From NCBI GenBank assembly GCA_025356175.1, contig JANXUP010000039.1, positions 2,174 through 66,173 on the forward strand: DNA of 64,000 nucleotides, written 5' to 3'. Numbering within the stretch: position 1 is the first letter of the stretch; each line of letters starts with the position of its first letter. This DNA is from Sphingomonadaceae bacterium (GTDB lineage Bacteria > Pseudomonadota > Alphaproteobacteria > Sphingomonadales > Sphingomonadaceae). This document shows, one piece after another, positions 1 through 10,132 of the stretch. Made by a program: the position numbers and the translations under genes. The notes beneath the pieces were generated by a model. It was not told the DNA's origin, did no database searches, and was given only the letters and a program-made list of their open reading frames with translations.

Positions 1-373
1 CGACCAGCAGCACACCGACCCCCACCCCGCGAATTGCGCAACTGAGCAGCACCATGAGGATGCTGTCCGACAGGCTCCAGAGCGAAGACGTAGCCAGAGC
101 CAGCAGCGCGGACGTAAGAGCCGGACCCCGGCCGATCCGGCCCATGACGCGTACAGCGTAGAGCTCGCCCACTATCGTCGTTGCCATGAGCGTACTTGTC
201 GCAAGTCCAGCGGCGAAGTCCCCGCCGAGCGTGGCGATGTGCGCGGGTACGGCCGATAGCAGCAGGTAATAGCTATTCATGGCGGCCATGATCAGTCCGG
301 AAAGCGCAAGCATGGCCGGCGTAAGGATGGCCTCGCCAACGCCTTCCCGCGCCAGAGCCTGTAGCTTCGTCAT
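1..373 (-). CDS. MFS transporter, N-terminal part (runs off the window edge)
   Basis: Manual translation from the ATG at 373 gives MTKLQALAREG...SYYLLLSAVPAHIATLGGDFAAGLATSTLMATTIVGELYAVRVMGRIGRGP. This is a run of hydrophobic helices with an MFS motif-A-like GRIGR. The gene is divergent from a MocR regulator. Confidence 0.75.
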   Translation of the reverse strand, partial: MTKLQALAREGVGEAILTPAMLALSGLIMAAMNSYYLLLSAVPAHIATLGGDFAAGLATSTLMATTIVGELYAVRVMGRIGRGPALTSALLALATSSLWSLSDSILMVLLSCAIRGVGVGVLLV

Positions 374-429
374 GTTCAACTCTCTTCACCGACGCTGTTG
401 ACCCCGGTGATACTGTGTTACTGGACCTG

Positions 430-465
430 GAATAATGACCACTTCGAGGCCGAATAAGTTGACCA
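430..465. promoter_or_regulatory. Imperfect direct repeats, candidate MocR operator
   Basis: GAATAATGACCA (430-441) and GAATAAGTTGACCA (452-465) lie at the divergent MFS/MocR junction. MocR-family regulators commonly bind short repeats in this position. Confidence 0.4.
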
Positions 466-1889
466 GTTCATCGACCGAACTGCCGATCTCCCTCTCCAGG
501 GGGTCTGCCGATAGCTTGAGGCTTCAGTTGCGAAGGGCATTGCTCGGGTTGATCCGCTCAGGCGCGCTTCGTCGCGGTGTCCGTTTGCCGTCGACGCGGG
601 CGCTCGCGGCGCAACTCGGGGTCTCACGTCCCATCGTGGTCGACGCCTACGGCCAACTGACCGCTGAAGGCTATCTCGAGTCGCGACGTGGAGCCCGACC
701 GGTAGTGATCGTCGATCCCGGTAGCACGCCTGACGTCGGGGGTCCGGACGAACCCGTCACCGATCCCATTCGCTTGGACCACCGACCCGCCATGCCCGAT
801 GTCGGCATGTTTCCCCGCAATGACTGGATGCGCGCGGTCCGGACGGTGCTTCATAGGCTCCCGGCCGGTGATCTAGGATATGGCGATCCGCGGGGGAGCC
901 CCGTCCTGCGCCGGGCACTGGCCGACTATCTGGGCCGGGTGCGTGGGGTGATCGCCGATCCGTCCAGCATCTTCGTCACCAGCGGTTTCGCCGAGGGACG
1001 GGCGCTGGCCTGCGCCGTGTTCCACGTGCGCGGCGCGCGATGCCTGGCGGTCGAGGACCCGAGTTACAGCGACTGGACGGCAGTGGACAGGGCCGGGCTT
1101 CGCCGGTTGTCCATACCGGTCGATGGGAATGGCATGAAGGTCGAGGATCTCGGAGGGTCCGGAGCCGATGCGGTATTGGTCACACCGTCCCACCAGTTCC
1201 CGATCGGCGGCGTCCTCAGCGCCGACCGACGGCAGTATCTGGTGAGGTGGCTGCGCGACGGCGGTCGACTGGCGCTTGAGGACGACTACGACGCCGAGTT
1301 CCGATACGACCAGGCGCCGGTCGGGGCGCTTCAGGGCCTCGCTCCCAACAGCATCGTCTACGCCGGTACCGCCAGCAAGACGTTGGCGCCAGCGCTCCGA
1401 CTTGGATGGCTCGTCGTCCCCTCGTCGCTCGTCGAACCCATGAACGCGGAACTGCGCCGATGGAGCGAAGGACCGCCGCGGATCGATCAGGACGCCTTGG
1501 CGGAACTGATCGTGTCGGGCGCTTTCGACCGGCACCTTCGCAAGATGCGCCGACTGTACCGGGATCGGCGTAATCACCTGATGTCTAGCCTTCGCGCGGC
1601 GCTGCCGGCACTAGAGGTGGAAGGTGCAGCAGCCGGCCTCCACTTAACCTTAAGGCTACCCGATGCCGTGGATGCGGATGGGGAGGCCGCGATCCTTGCA
1701 GCGCTGCTGCGTCGCGGTCTCGCGACGGATGGGCTTGGCCGATACAGTGCGACTGCAGCTGGCCCGCGACGACTGTTCCTGGGCTATGGCAGGATATCGG
1801 AGAGTGGCATCGATCTGAGCGTCAGGGTGCTTAGCGAGGTCTTGGCGGACTGGCAGAGGCTTTGTCAAAGCAAATGCACCTCCCGTTAG
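435..1889 (+). CDS. GntR/MocR-family PLP-dependent transcriptional regulator
   Basis: N-terminal wHTH (RLPSTRALAAQLGVSR...AYGQLTAEGY) plus an aminotransferase-like domain (TPSHQFP, EDDYD, SKTLAPALRLG). The true start may be TTG at 459. The last ~10 codons run into the IS6 end. Confidence 0.93.
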   Translation: MTTSRPNKLTSSSTELPISLSRGSADSLRLQLRRALLGLIRSGALRRGVRLPSTRALAAQLGVSRPIVVDAYGQLTAEGYLESRRGARPVVIVDPGSTPDVGGPDEPVTDPIRLDHRPAMPDVGMFPRNDWMRAVRTVLHRLPAGDLGYGDPRGSPVLRRALADYLGRVRGVIADPSSIFVTSGFAEGRALACAVFHVRGARCLAVEDPSYSDWTAVDRAGLRRLSIPVDGNGMKVEDLGGSGADAVLVTPSHQFPIGGVLSADRRQYLVRWLRDGGRLALEDDYDAEFRYDQAPVGALQGLAPNSIVYAGTASKTLAPALRLGWLVVPSSLVEPMNAELRRWSEGPPRIDQDALAELIVSGAFDRHLRKMRRLYRDRRNHLMSSLRAALPALEVEGAAAGLHLTLRLPDAVDADGEAAILAALLRRGLATDGLGRYSATAAGPRRLFLGYGRISESGIDLSVRVLSEVLADWQRLCQSKCTSR

Positions 1890-2240
1890 GATTGGCTGAT
1901 TAGCGTAGGGCGCATGCCCCGTCCTCGCAAACCCGCCAGCCCGTTCCGCTATTTCAACTCCTCGCCGAGTTGATCCGCCTCGTGGTGATGATGTACGTGC
2001 GGTTCCCGCTGTCACTCAGGAATGTCGAGGATCTGCTGTTCGAGCGCGGAATCGACCTGTGCCACGAAACGGTGCGGATGTGATGGAACCGCTTCGGGCG
2101 GTTGTTCGCAGGCGACATCCGCCGGCAGCGGGTGAGCAAGGTGCGCGGCTACCGGCAATGGCGCTGGCACCTCGGCGAGATGTACGTGAAGCTCAATGGC
2201 GAGATGGTCTACTTGTGGCGCGCAGTCGACCAGGAAGGCG
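1858..2240 (+). mobile_element. IS6-family element remnant (left end plus 5' part of transposase)
   Basis: Begins GGCTTTGTCAAAGCAAATGCACC and is followed by IS6-type transposase sequence. It closely resembles the second remnant at 36192. Confidence 0.8.
1914..2240 (+). pseudogene. IS6-family transposase pseudogene
   Basis: MPRPRKPASPFRYFNSSP, a frameshift near 1966-1972, then IRLVVMMYVRFPLSLRNVEDLLFERGIDLCHETVRM*WNRFG (TGA at 2081-2083) ...WHLGEMYVKLNGEMVYLWRAVDQEG, then truncated. Confidence 0.88.
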
Positions 2241-2329
2241 CTTGAGTTAGGTTCGACAGGAGCGTCGAACTCGCAATCCTTACCCAAGCGTCCGCTGGCG
2301 CTCACGGGATGAGCATACTCTTGCATCGA

Positions 2330-3301
2330 TTAGTGCGACCGAACGCGCCGAATCGATTGAATCTGCCGCTTGCCCCCGCCGCGCTCCAGTTGAACGATGA
2401 GATCGATTGACCGCGATATGTAATCGACCGCATTGGCAAAGCTGAGATTGCTCCCTGCAGAAAGCACCAGCAGCGCGAGCTGATCGATTGCGCGATCGGG
2501 CGAGTCCGCGTGGATCGTCGAGAGCGATCCCGGATGGCCAGTATTGACCGCGCGCAGAAATGTCAGCGCTTCGCTGCCGCGCACCTCGCCAAGGATGATC
2601 CGGTCGGGCCGCATGCGCAGCGCGGCGATGAGCAGGTCCTCTGCCGTAATATCGGCCTCCCCCATGGCGCCGCGCGCCGCGATCAGCCCTACCGCATTAG
2701 GATGCCGGAGCAGCAGTTCAGGGGCATCCTCGATCAGGATCAAGCGCTCGTGCTCTGGCACTTCCTGGATCAAGGCGTTGAGCAAGGTCGTCTTGCCGCT
2801 CGAGGTGCCGCCCGAAACGAGGATATTCTGGCGGTCGCGGACGGCCTCGCGAAGTTCATCGATTGGGTTGGTGTGAGCCTTTTGCCGTGCCTTCGAGCTT
2901 GCAGCTTTGCCTTCCCCACCAATAGTGCTCTTGTCAGTGTGCCAGGCCTCAAGCGGCAGCCCCGCCGAAACATGTCGGCGGATGGCAATCGCAATCTCGC
3001 CGCGGGTCGCGGGAGGCAGGACGATCTGGACCCGCGAACCATCGGGAAGGCTCGCCGCGAGGAGCGGAGACTCGCGATTAATGCCTTGCGCTGAACGCGC
3101 AGCGATCTGACGCGCGAGCCGCAGCAGCGCCGCCTGGCTCAACGCCGGTGCCTCGTGCCGCTCGATTGCGCCCCCCAGGAGCTCGATCCAGATCTCCTCG
3201 GAGCGGTTGATGTAGATGTCTGTGATGTCATCGCGCGCCAGCCAGGCCGCGAGCGGCGCGAGGAAGCTGTCGAGATAGACCGCTTCGGTCAGTGCGGTCA
3301 T
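2330..3301 (-). CDS. virB11: Type IV secretion ATPase VirB11
   Basis: Walker A GGTSSGKT, LRMRPDRIILGEVR and NTGHPGS. The ATG at 3301 overlaps the virB10 stop (ATGA). Confidence 0.93.
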   Translation of the reverse strand: MTALTEAVYLDSFLAPLAAWLARDDITDIYINRSEEIWIELLGGAIERHEAPALSQAALLRLARQIAARSAQGINRESPLLAASLPDGSRVQIVLPPATRGEIAIAIRRHVSAGLPLEAWHTDKSTIGGEGKAASSKARQKAHTNPIDELREAVRDRQNILVSGGTSSGKTTLLNALIQEVPEHERLILIEDAPELLLRHPNAVGLIAARGAMGEADITAEDLLIAALRMRPDRIILGEVRGSEALTFLRAVNTGHPGSLSTIHADSPDRAIDQLALLVLSAGSNLSFANAVDYISRSIDLIVQLERGGGKRQIQSIRRVRSH

Positions 3302-4362
3302 CGCTCGACCTCGGTGAAATCGAGATCGTGCGCGACGAAGACCGAAACCGGAGCGCCCTGTGCCACCTTGAGCGTTGGCTTGATGGTCTCGCTCGAGGTT
3401 GGAGCGATGGTCTGGGTCGAGCCGGGCAGCCCGAGAACGACTGTGCCGCCACCGACATTGCGGGTGGCAAGTCCCACTCCGACGTTGAGTGTCGCCTGAA
3501 GGAGCGCATTGCCAAAGCGCGAGAGGAAATGCGAGTTGACTTTGCCCTGTACCCCGGCGCGGCCGAGCGGATCTGCCGAGGGTGAATCGAGCTGGATCAC
3601 CACCCCGTCGGGGCGCATCAGCCGGGTCCATTGGATCATCGCGCGGTTCTGGCCCGATGAGACATCGGCCTTGTATTCGCCGTAGAGCCGACTGCCGCGA
3701 GGAATGAGCACTTTGGTTCCATCAAACCCACGCACATCGCGCGAGACAATTGCTCGCGCCGCACCGGCTCGCGTTGAATCGAGCGCGGTTTCGAGTACCG
3801 CCTGGATCACACTGCCTTGCGGTATCGTAGTCGCGGGCCGGTCAAAACGGCTCGCATTGACCCGTTGCGGCGTGCCCCGCTGCGCGCCATCGGAAATCTC
3901 TCCGGTGACAGCAGATGCCGGCGGTGCCTGATAAACCAGTGCTGGGCCCGAGGGCGGTGCGACCGGCACAGAAGGATAGTACGGCGTGGTTCCTTGCGCT
4001 TGGTAAATGGGCACGGCTCCGCTTCTGCCCGCCGACCGCGGCGACGAAGTCTGCAAGGCAGGACCTGGCACTGGAATGACCCGAACCGGCCATGGGGCGA
4101 CGCCTTGCGGATAGGCCGCTCCGGGCGGTGCGGTGTCGGGGATCGCAAGCGGCGGAGGCGGTTCGATCATCGCCCCGTCCTGGACCCTTGCCGGGCTCAG
4201 CTCCTTGTCGGTGCGATCTGCGCGGCGGGCTTCGAGCGCCGAGAACAAGAGCACCGCAGCAAGGCCCGCGGCGCCGGCGAACAGCCAGACACCGCGGTTG
4301 GTGATCGGACGGGCGACCAGCGGGCGGATATCCTCGATGGGTGCGGTGGCGGATTTGATCAT
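3298..4362 (-). CDS. virB10: VirB10/TrbI family protein
   Basis: N-terminal TM, Pro-rich linker, then IPQGSVIQAVLETALDS...VLIPRGSRLYGEY...DPLGRAG. Likely start is the ATG at 4362. Confidence 0.9.
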   Translation of the reverse strand: MIKSATAPIEDIRPLVARPITNRGVWLFAGAAGLAAVLLFSALEARRADRTDKELSPARVQDGAMIEPPPPLAIPDTAPPGAAYPQGVAPWPVRVIPVPGPALQTSSPRSAGRSGAVPIYQAQGTTPYYPSVPVAPPSGPALVYQAPPASAVTGEISDGAQRGTPQRVNASRFDRPATTIPQGSVIQAVLETALDSTRAGAARAIVSRDVRGFDGTKVLIPRGSRLYGEYKADVSSGQNRAMIQWTRLMRPDGVVIQLDSPSADPLGRAGVQGKVNSHFLSRFGNALLQATLNVGVGLATRNVGGGTVVLGLPGSTQTIAPTSSETIKPTLKVAQGAPVSVFVAHDLDFTEVER

Positions 4363-4363
4363 G

Positions 4364-5050
4364 TCACCTGCTCTTTGCTGGTTCGCTACGGCTCGCAAGC
4401 GCCGAGCGCTTGCCGATGCGGAAGACGAGCCTGGGATAGATCCGGTCGATCACAAGTACGCCTTGGCGCATATAACTGTCGACGGTCTCTTCCTCGCCTT
4501 GCGCATTGAGCGCGAAGACCGCGGGAAGCGCCTGGTCGTTCTGCCACTCGATGTAGGTCTTGGTGCCGTCGTCGCTGACTTGGCGCGGGCGCAGGCTCAT
4601 CTCGCCTTTCAGCGTATAGAGCTGGGTCGCCGAACTCGGCGGTAAAACCGGCTCGGGTACTTCCGGAGCAGCCGCCTCGAAAGCGAAGTGCACCGCGTAG
4701 GCGACATTGTTGGCCGGGCCGACAGTCAGCTTGAAACGGTAATCGCGCAGCTGGGTGCGAACCGTGATGGAAGCGTCGAGCGGCGCGCGCAGCGTGTGGA
4801 CTGAGAGACTGTCGGCCTGCGGCGCAACCGAAACTTCGACTGCGGCAGGATCGCCCACTACAACCGACTGGACCATCTCACCCGGACCGAAGATCATGGT
4901 CAGGTTTCCGCCCGCAGTGGTGCGCAGCGGCAGCTCTGCACCAGCGCGCCATGCGAGCGTCTCGATCCGCGGATCAAAATCAAGCGCGTGCGGCACCTGG
5001 CCCTGCGCCGCGGCAGTCATTGCCAGAGCCGAGAGCGCCAGCCACCTCAT
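4364..5050 (-). CDS. virB9: VirB9/TrbG family protein
   Basis: Signal peptide, DPRI motif, and a C-terminal DDGTKTYIEW...LPAVF. Position in the operon fits. Confidence 0.85.
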   Translation of the reverse strand: MRWLALSALAMTAAAQGQVPHALDFDPRIETLAWRAGAELPLRTTAGGNLTMIFGPGEMVQSVVVGDPAAVEVSVAPQADSLSVHTLRAPLDASITVRTQLRDYRFKLTVGPANNVAYAVHFAFEAAAPEVPEPVLPPSSATQLYTLKGEMSLRPRQVSDDGTKTYIEWQNDQALPAVFALNAQGEEETVDSYMRQGVLVIDRIYPRLVFRIGKRSALASRSEPAKSR

Positions 5051-5838
5051 CGCGGCGCTGGGCTCGGTACTATCGGGGTTGCCGATGCTTGCGGCGCGTC
5101 GACCGCCCCGACCTGCGGTACAATCTGAGCCTGGACGGGAACCGCATTCTGCGCCTCCGGCGCGATCTCGGCGCTCTTCGAATAGCGCAGCACCTGGAAT
5201 CCGAGCGGGTTGTCGAGCCGGCTCGCCGCACTCATATCGGCTGCGGAGAACCGGTACTTGATCACCGCCGCCCAGACGCTTTGCGGCACCGGCTGCCCAC
5301 CGGGATCGGTGCGGGTGGTGGCAAAGCGCACCAGTACCGTATCGGCGCCGAGCACCGAGATGCTGCGGATTTCAGGGCGTATCATCGCCTGGCGCGGATA
5401 CTGCGCCAGCGGGCTTGCCGGATTGGTCGCCTGCATGCTGCCGATATATTGATCGCGTGCGTCCCCAGCCGACCACAAGGCGACCTTGCGGTAGTTGTCC
5501 TTGAGCGCATTGATGTCGAAGTTCTCGCGTGCGGTCACGTACTGCGCAAGCATCGAGCGGGTCAGTGCTTCACCAGGCTGGATGGTGCTGGCAGCGCCAA
5601 GGTCGAGCGTCTCGACATTGCCGGTCTGCCTGTCAACCAACACCGCAATGGGTTGGGTCGTCTTGAGCGGCATCATCAAGACAATCGCGAGCGCTTCGAG
5701 CACCGCGACCGTGCAGGCCGCCCCGGCTACGAGCCAGGCAATACGCTTTGTGCGCGCGGCCTCACGGTCGCGATCGTCGGCCCAGGTTTCAGCGGCCTTG
5801 TAGTAGTCAGCGAGGCCATCGGGATCGGGTTTGTTCAT
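5047..5838 (-). CDS. virB8: VirB8 family protein
   Basis: Single TM followed by PLK...VDRQTG, YVTARE and the NPLGF signature. Confidence 0.9.
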   Translation of the reverse strand: MNKPDPDGLADYYKAAETWADDRDREAARTKRIAWLVAGAACTVAVLEALAIVLMMPLKTTQPIAVLVDRQTGNVETLDLGAASTIQPGEALTRSMLAQYVTARENFDINALKDNYRKVALWSAGDARDQYIGSMQATNPASPLAQYPRQAMIRPEIRSISVLGADTVLVRFATTRTDPGGQPVPQSVWAAVIKYRFSAADMSAASRLDNPLGFQVLRYSKSAEIAPEAQNAVPVQAQIVPQVGAVDAPQASATPIVPSPAPR

Positions 5839-5843
5839 TTGCG

Positions 5844-7046
5844 CTATCCGTCCCTTCTCGCCGCCGCCGCCGAACTGCGCCGCGAAGTGCGGCGGTATGA
5901 GCCCCCAAGTGCCTCACGCGCTTCGCCTGACTGCACGGGGCCCTGCCCGCGCATCGGCTCGCCAAGCCTGAGATCGGCAAGCTGCCGCGACAGGTCGCCG
6001 CTCCTGCTCTCACGTCGCATTACCTGCTCGACCGCGTCGGCGACCCGCTGCGCTCGCGCCGGCTCTTGCGGGCCTGTGGCGAGCTGCGGAACGACATCGA
6101 GCGTGCTGCGGAACTGCCGATGCTCCGCTTGTGGAGCCAAGGGGAGCCACTGCCCCCAATTGGGCGAAGCAAAAAACATCAGCCGCACGATCAGCGCGAG
6201 CGCGCCAAAGATCGCGGCGGCGAAGGCAAGCGCCAGGGCGAGCAGCTCGGTCGGCGCGGCAGCAGTCAGGACGTTGGCCTCGCGCTCAGTGAGAACCCCG
6301 TGCAGCCATCCTTCAAGCAAAGCCAGTTCGGCGCCGTAGAGCAAGGTCAAGACAACCGAACCGAGCGCACAGGCACCAAGCGCACGCAGCCAGCCCATGA
6401 ACACATCGCGGGTTCCCGCGAACAGCAGCAGTGCCGCCATCAGCGGTGCCAAGGCGAGCAAGATGCCAGCCGCCAGTCGGACCAGCGCGAGCGGCGCGAT
6501 CGTGCCAGTCAGGAACGCCACCCGTCCCCAGGCAAAGCCGCTCTGATCTGCCAGCGCCACCCCGCGGCTCGAATGTCCGAGATCGCTCGAACCGACGATC
6601 CCCCCGGTGAGCCGCCCGGTGCCAAACGCGGTCAGGGAAATGATCCCGGCGTCAAGGTTGTCGAGCCGCTGGTTGAGATCGCCGCGGCTGCCGGGGAGCC
6701 CTGAGGCCGCACCAACATTGCCCGCAACCTGGGCGGATCCCACGAACGCAGTCTCGTAAGCCAGCGTGCGCCAGGCTGGCCAGCTGGTCGCGAGAGTCAG
6801 CACGATCCCGACTTTCAGCATCTCGCCAACCAGATCGCGCCCGCTCGGTGCCTCACCAAACATCAGCCGGAAGCCGAACAGCGCGATGAACAACGTCAGC
6901 GCGGCGAGCAGCAGCCCAGTAATCGCTGAACCGGGCACGGCGAGAGCACCGAAGCCGTAAGCGCCGATCGTCTGCGCCTGGCAGTCGATCTGGTTCAACA
7001 CCCCGCCGAGGAAATGGCTGCCCGACTGGACTGTGGCGCAGCTCAT
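5844..7046 (-). CDS. virB6: VirB6/TrbL family membrane protein
   Basis: Polytopic hydrophobic protein with ALAPL...LLFAGTRDVFMGW, located between virB4 and virB8. Confidence 0.82.
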   Translation of the reverse strand: MSCATVQSGSHFLGGVLNQIDCQAQTIGAYGFGALAVPGSAITGLLLAALTLFIALFGFRLMFGEAPSGRDLVGEMLKVGIVLTLATSWPAWRTLAYETAFVGSAQVAGNVGAASGLPGSRGDLNQRLDNLDAGIISLTAFGTGRLTGGIVGSSDLGHSSRGVALADQSGFAWGRVAFLTGTIAPLALVRLAAGILLALAPLMAALLLFAGTRDVFMGWLRALGACALGSVVLTLLYGAELALLEGWLHGVLTEREANVLTAAAPTELLALALAFAAAIFGALALIVRLMFFASPNWGQWLPLAPQAEHRQFRSTLDVVPQLATGPQEPARAQRVADAVEQVMRRESRSGDLSRQLADLRLGEPMRGQGPVQSGEAREALGGSYRRTSRRSSAAAARRDG

Positions 7047-9418
7047 GCCGCGCGCTCGAGCAGCTGGGCAAGCCAGGCGGTCGGATCGAGCCCGTTCTTC
7101 GCCGAGAGCTCGTCAAACAGCCGTACTGTCGCTTCGCGCCCGGATAGGATCGTCAGCAGATCCTTCTCACCCGACAGGTTAAGCCGCGCGACGACGCTGT
7201 CGTTGCCATGCTTGATCAGGAAGCAGTGCGAATTGTCAGGAAGCGTTCGCACCAGTTCGTATTCGTGGGGAGTCAGCCCGAAGCCGTCGATGTAGTCCTC
7301 TACCCTTGCCTTGGGATTGATCATGAAGATCTGCGTCGCTGCCTGTTCGACAATCGCGCTGGCGATCCGGCTTTCGAGCGCGTCCTGCGCGCTTTGCGTG
7401 GCGAAACCGACGATCCCGTTGCGTTTGCGGATGGTCTTTTCCCAGTCCTTGATCCGCCGCACGAAGACATCGTCGTCGAGCGCCTTCCAGCCTTCGTCGA
7501 CCACGATGATCGAAGGCGTGCCGTCGAGCCGTTCCTCGACCCGGTGAAAGAAATACATGAGCGCCGGCGTGCGCACTGTAGGATCGTCGAGCAGCGCGGT
7601 CATATCGAAACCCACCGTGGACGCCGAGAGATCGGTGAGGTCCTCCTCGTTGTCGAACAGCCAGGCGCGCTCGCCCTCACCCCACCATGGACGCATCCGC
7701 GCATAGAGATCGCCCGCCCTGGGCCGGGTGTGCCCGCGCAGCAGCTCGACCAGGTGGCGCAGCCGCCGGTGCGGACGCAGCGCGGAGAAGTTGGCGTCGA
7801 CCGAATCCTTTATCAGTTCAAGTTCGCTTGCATCGGTGCTGCCCGCAAGCAGCGCCAGCCATTCAATGAGGAACTGGTGGTTCCCTGGTGTATCCTCGAG
7901 CTGGAGAGGATTAAGCCCCGAAGGCTTGCCGGGGCGGAGCCGGTCGTATTGCCCGCCGATCGCGCGGATGAACAGTTCAGCGCCGCGGTCCTTGTCGAAG
8001 AAGACAATCCGCGGCGCGAACTTGCGCGCCTGCGCCAGGAGGAAGTTGAGCACCACGGTCTTGCCCGAGCCCGACGGGCCGATCACCGTGAAGTTGCCGA
8101 GATCGTTCTGGTGGAAGCTGAAGAAATAGGGCCCAGCCGCGGTGGTCTCGAACAGCGTGACCGCATCGCCCCAATGATTGCCGCGCGGGCGGCCCACCGG
8201 GAAATTGTGCAGGCTAGCGAGCCCGGCAAAATTGGCCGTCGAAACGAGGCCCTTGCGAGCAATGTACTTAAAGTTTCCCGGAAACTGCGCCCAGAATGCG
8301 GGTTCGAGCGCGATATCCTCGCGCACCGCGACGATCCCGAGATCGGCTAGCGCGGCGATGACCTCGGCAACCTGGCCATTCAGCGCTTCAAGACTATCAG
8401 CATGGACCGCAATCGTGGTGTGATGTTCGCCAAACCCCGCACGGCCTGCGGCAACATCGTCCTTGGCCTGGCTGAGCTCGCTTCGGAGCGAAAGCGCCTC
8501 GTCCTCGGCCGATTTCATCCGCCGAAGCACCAGGTTCATTCGGTTGAGCGCCTCGCCGCGTTCGACAAAGGCAAAGCTCTGCGCGACGGTCATCTCGAAG
8601 GGCATGCGGTAAAGCTCGTCGAACATCCCCGGCAGCGTCTCGCTCGGATAGTCCTTGATCGAAACGATCGCCCCGAACTTGCGCGGGTGCTCGCCAGCTT
8701 CGCCCAGCTCGAAGGCATTGGCGCCAAAGCTCGCACGGCGGAAGGGAAGGTGGTTCCCGAAATCGCCGTTCGGCAAGCCCATCGGCCGCATTTCGGCGTT
8801 GTAGAGATATGACAGGAATTCGAGCGGCTCGCTGCGATAGCCAATCCCGTCAGAATAAACCGAGAGAAGCCGCGGAGCGTAAGCGCCGAGTGCTGCGACT
8901 ATCGCCTCGCTCGCCGCATCGAGCGCACGCTTTTCTCCCGCGAACTGCGCCGCGCGATCAGTCACCGTGCGGGAAAGAAGCCCGCTCAGCTGGTCGAGCC
9001 AGCCTATCCGGCCCTGCAGGGGGCGCCGTACGATCGTCAGAAACAACTCGTTGACGTACAACTCGCGCGCGGCGAGCCGCTCACGCCAGCGCGCGTCGAG
9101 CTGGCGTGAGAACTCGTCGCCGAAACGCGCCTTGAGCGCGACCTCGGCCTTGCGGCGCACCACGTGGTGATAGATCGCGAAGCGCGACGAGCCGACTGAC
9201 TTGAGCATCGCATCGCGGAGTTCAGCGCGATAGTTGAGCTCGTCGGTATCGGCGGTCTCGAACAGCAGCCCGCCAAGCCGGATGGTCTGCATCAGATAGC
9301 CGTCGCGGGTCTCGATCGTCACGTCGTCGACATGCCGCGCGTAAGGCAAATGCTTGCCCGCGGCGACCTCTCGCGCGATGACGCGCGGGTCATCAGTCAA
9401 GGCCGGTAGGAGTTGCAT
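7043..9418 (-). CDS. virB4: Type IV secretion ATPase VirB4
   Basis: FWAQFPGN, Walker A GPSGSGKT, FDKDRG, Walker B VDEGW and KTIRKRNG...ATQS. Likely start is the ATG at 9418. Confidence 0.95.
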   Translation of the reverse strand: MQLLPALTDDPRVIAREVAAGKHLPYARHVDDVTIETRDGYLMQTIRLGGLLFETADTDELNYRAELRDAMLKSVGSSRFAIYHHVVRRKAEVALKARFGDEFSRQLDARWRERLAARELYVNELFLTIVRRPLQGRIGWLDQLSGLLSRTVTDRAAQFAGEKRALDAASEAIVAALGAYAPRLLSVYSDGIGYRSEPLEFLSYLYNAEMRPMGLPNGDFGNHLPFRRASFGANAFELGEAGEHPRKFGAIVSIKDYPSETLPGMFDELYRMPFEMTVAQSFAFVERGEALNRMNLVLRRMKSAEDEALSLRSELSQAKDDVAAGRAGFGEHHTTIAVHADSLEALNGQVAEVIAALADLGIVAVREDIALEPAFWAQFPGNFKYIARKGLVSTANFAGLASLHNFPVGRPRGNHWGDAVTLFETTAAGPYFFSFHQNDLGNFTVIGPSGSGKTVVLNFLLAQARKFAPRIVFFDKDRGAELFIRAIGGQYDRLRPGKPSGLNPLQLEDTPGNHQFLIEWLALLAGSTDASELELIKDSVDANFSALRPHRRLRHLVELLRGHTRPRAGDLYARMRPWWGEGERAWLFDNEEDLTDLSASTVGFDMTALLDDPTVRTPALMYFFHRVEERLDGTPSIIVVDEGWKALDDDVFVRRIKDWEKTIRKRNGIVGFATQSAQDALESRIASAIVEQAATQIFMINPKARVEDYIDGFGLTPHEYELVRTLPDNSHCFLIKHGNDSVVARLNLSGEKDLLTILSGREATVRLFDELSAKNGLDPTAWLAQLLERAA

Positions 9419-9684
9419 CCCCACAGCCTGTAATTTTTGACCCTGGGGCAACGGCTGACCCGGGCGATCCACAGGTCAAAAAAGCGAGGTTCACGAAAGC
9501 ACGCGAGCATACCAACCACGTGCACGATTGCCGCAGCCCCAATCGCCCAGAAGCTCTTGAAAATCAGGAAAAGCTCGGCCGCCAGTACCGCGTTGAAGAT
9601 GAAGTAGGTGTAGGTGACGCCAGCGAACATCTGCGGCCGAGCAAGTGCCACGAACAGTGTGCTGCGATTGAGCGTGGATGACAC
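9397..9684 (-). CDS. virB3: VirB3 family protein
   Basis: LFVALARPQMFAGV, two TM segments, and a C-terminal WGCNSYRP. Confidence 0.9.
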   Translation of the reverse strand: MSSTLNRSTLFVALARPQMFAGVTYTYFIFNAVLAAELFLIFKSFWAIGAAAIVHVVGMLACFREPRFFDLWIARVSRCPRVKNYRLWGCNSYRP

Positions 9685-9696
9685 GAGCGTCGCCGC

Positions 9697-10008
9697 CTAA
9701 CCGCCAGCAGCCGAGCGAATCCCGGCAACAATACTGGCCGCGCCAAACAGCACGAAACAGCCCAGGATAACGATCGCCCCGCGACGCCAGTCGATCCGAC
9801 CGATCAGCATCATGAAGCCGACAGAGGCAATGGCAATGACGGCCGCGACAGTTGCGACCGTGCCGAGCAGGGTGCCCTGTAGCCAGTTCATCGCGCCGAT
9901 AATAACGCCCGAGCCTTCAGGGTCCGGGGCGACCGAGGCATATGCAGCGCGCGGCATCAAAAGCAGCGAGAAGAAAGCCAGACCTGAATTGAACTGCCGG
10001 AGCCTCAA
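9697..10008 (-). CDS. virB2: VirB2/TrbC pilin
   Basis: Signal peptide followed by WLQGTLLGTVATVAAVIAIASVGFMML.G...WRRG...GCFVLFGA. Confidence 0.88.
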   Translation of the reverse strand: MRLRQFNSGLAFFSLLLMPRAAYASVAPDPEGSGVIIGAMNWLQGTLLGTVATVAAVIAIASVGFMMLIGRIDWRRGAIVILGCFVLFGAASIVAGIRSAAGG

Positions 10009-10132
10009 GATATTCCTCCCTCCAGAGAATCAGAGTGCATCAACGGAACTTGGCATGTTCGGGTATGGCTGGCCATAGACATCGCAGCTCAACTTACAGG
10101 AATCGGGCGGAAGCGACGTCGAAGTTGCATTC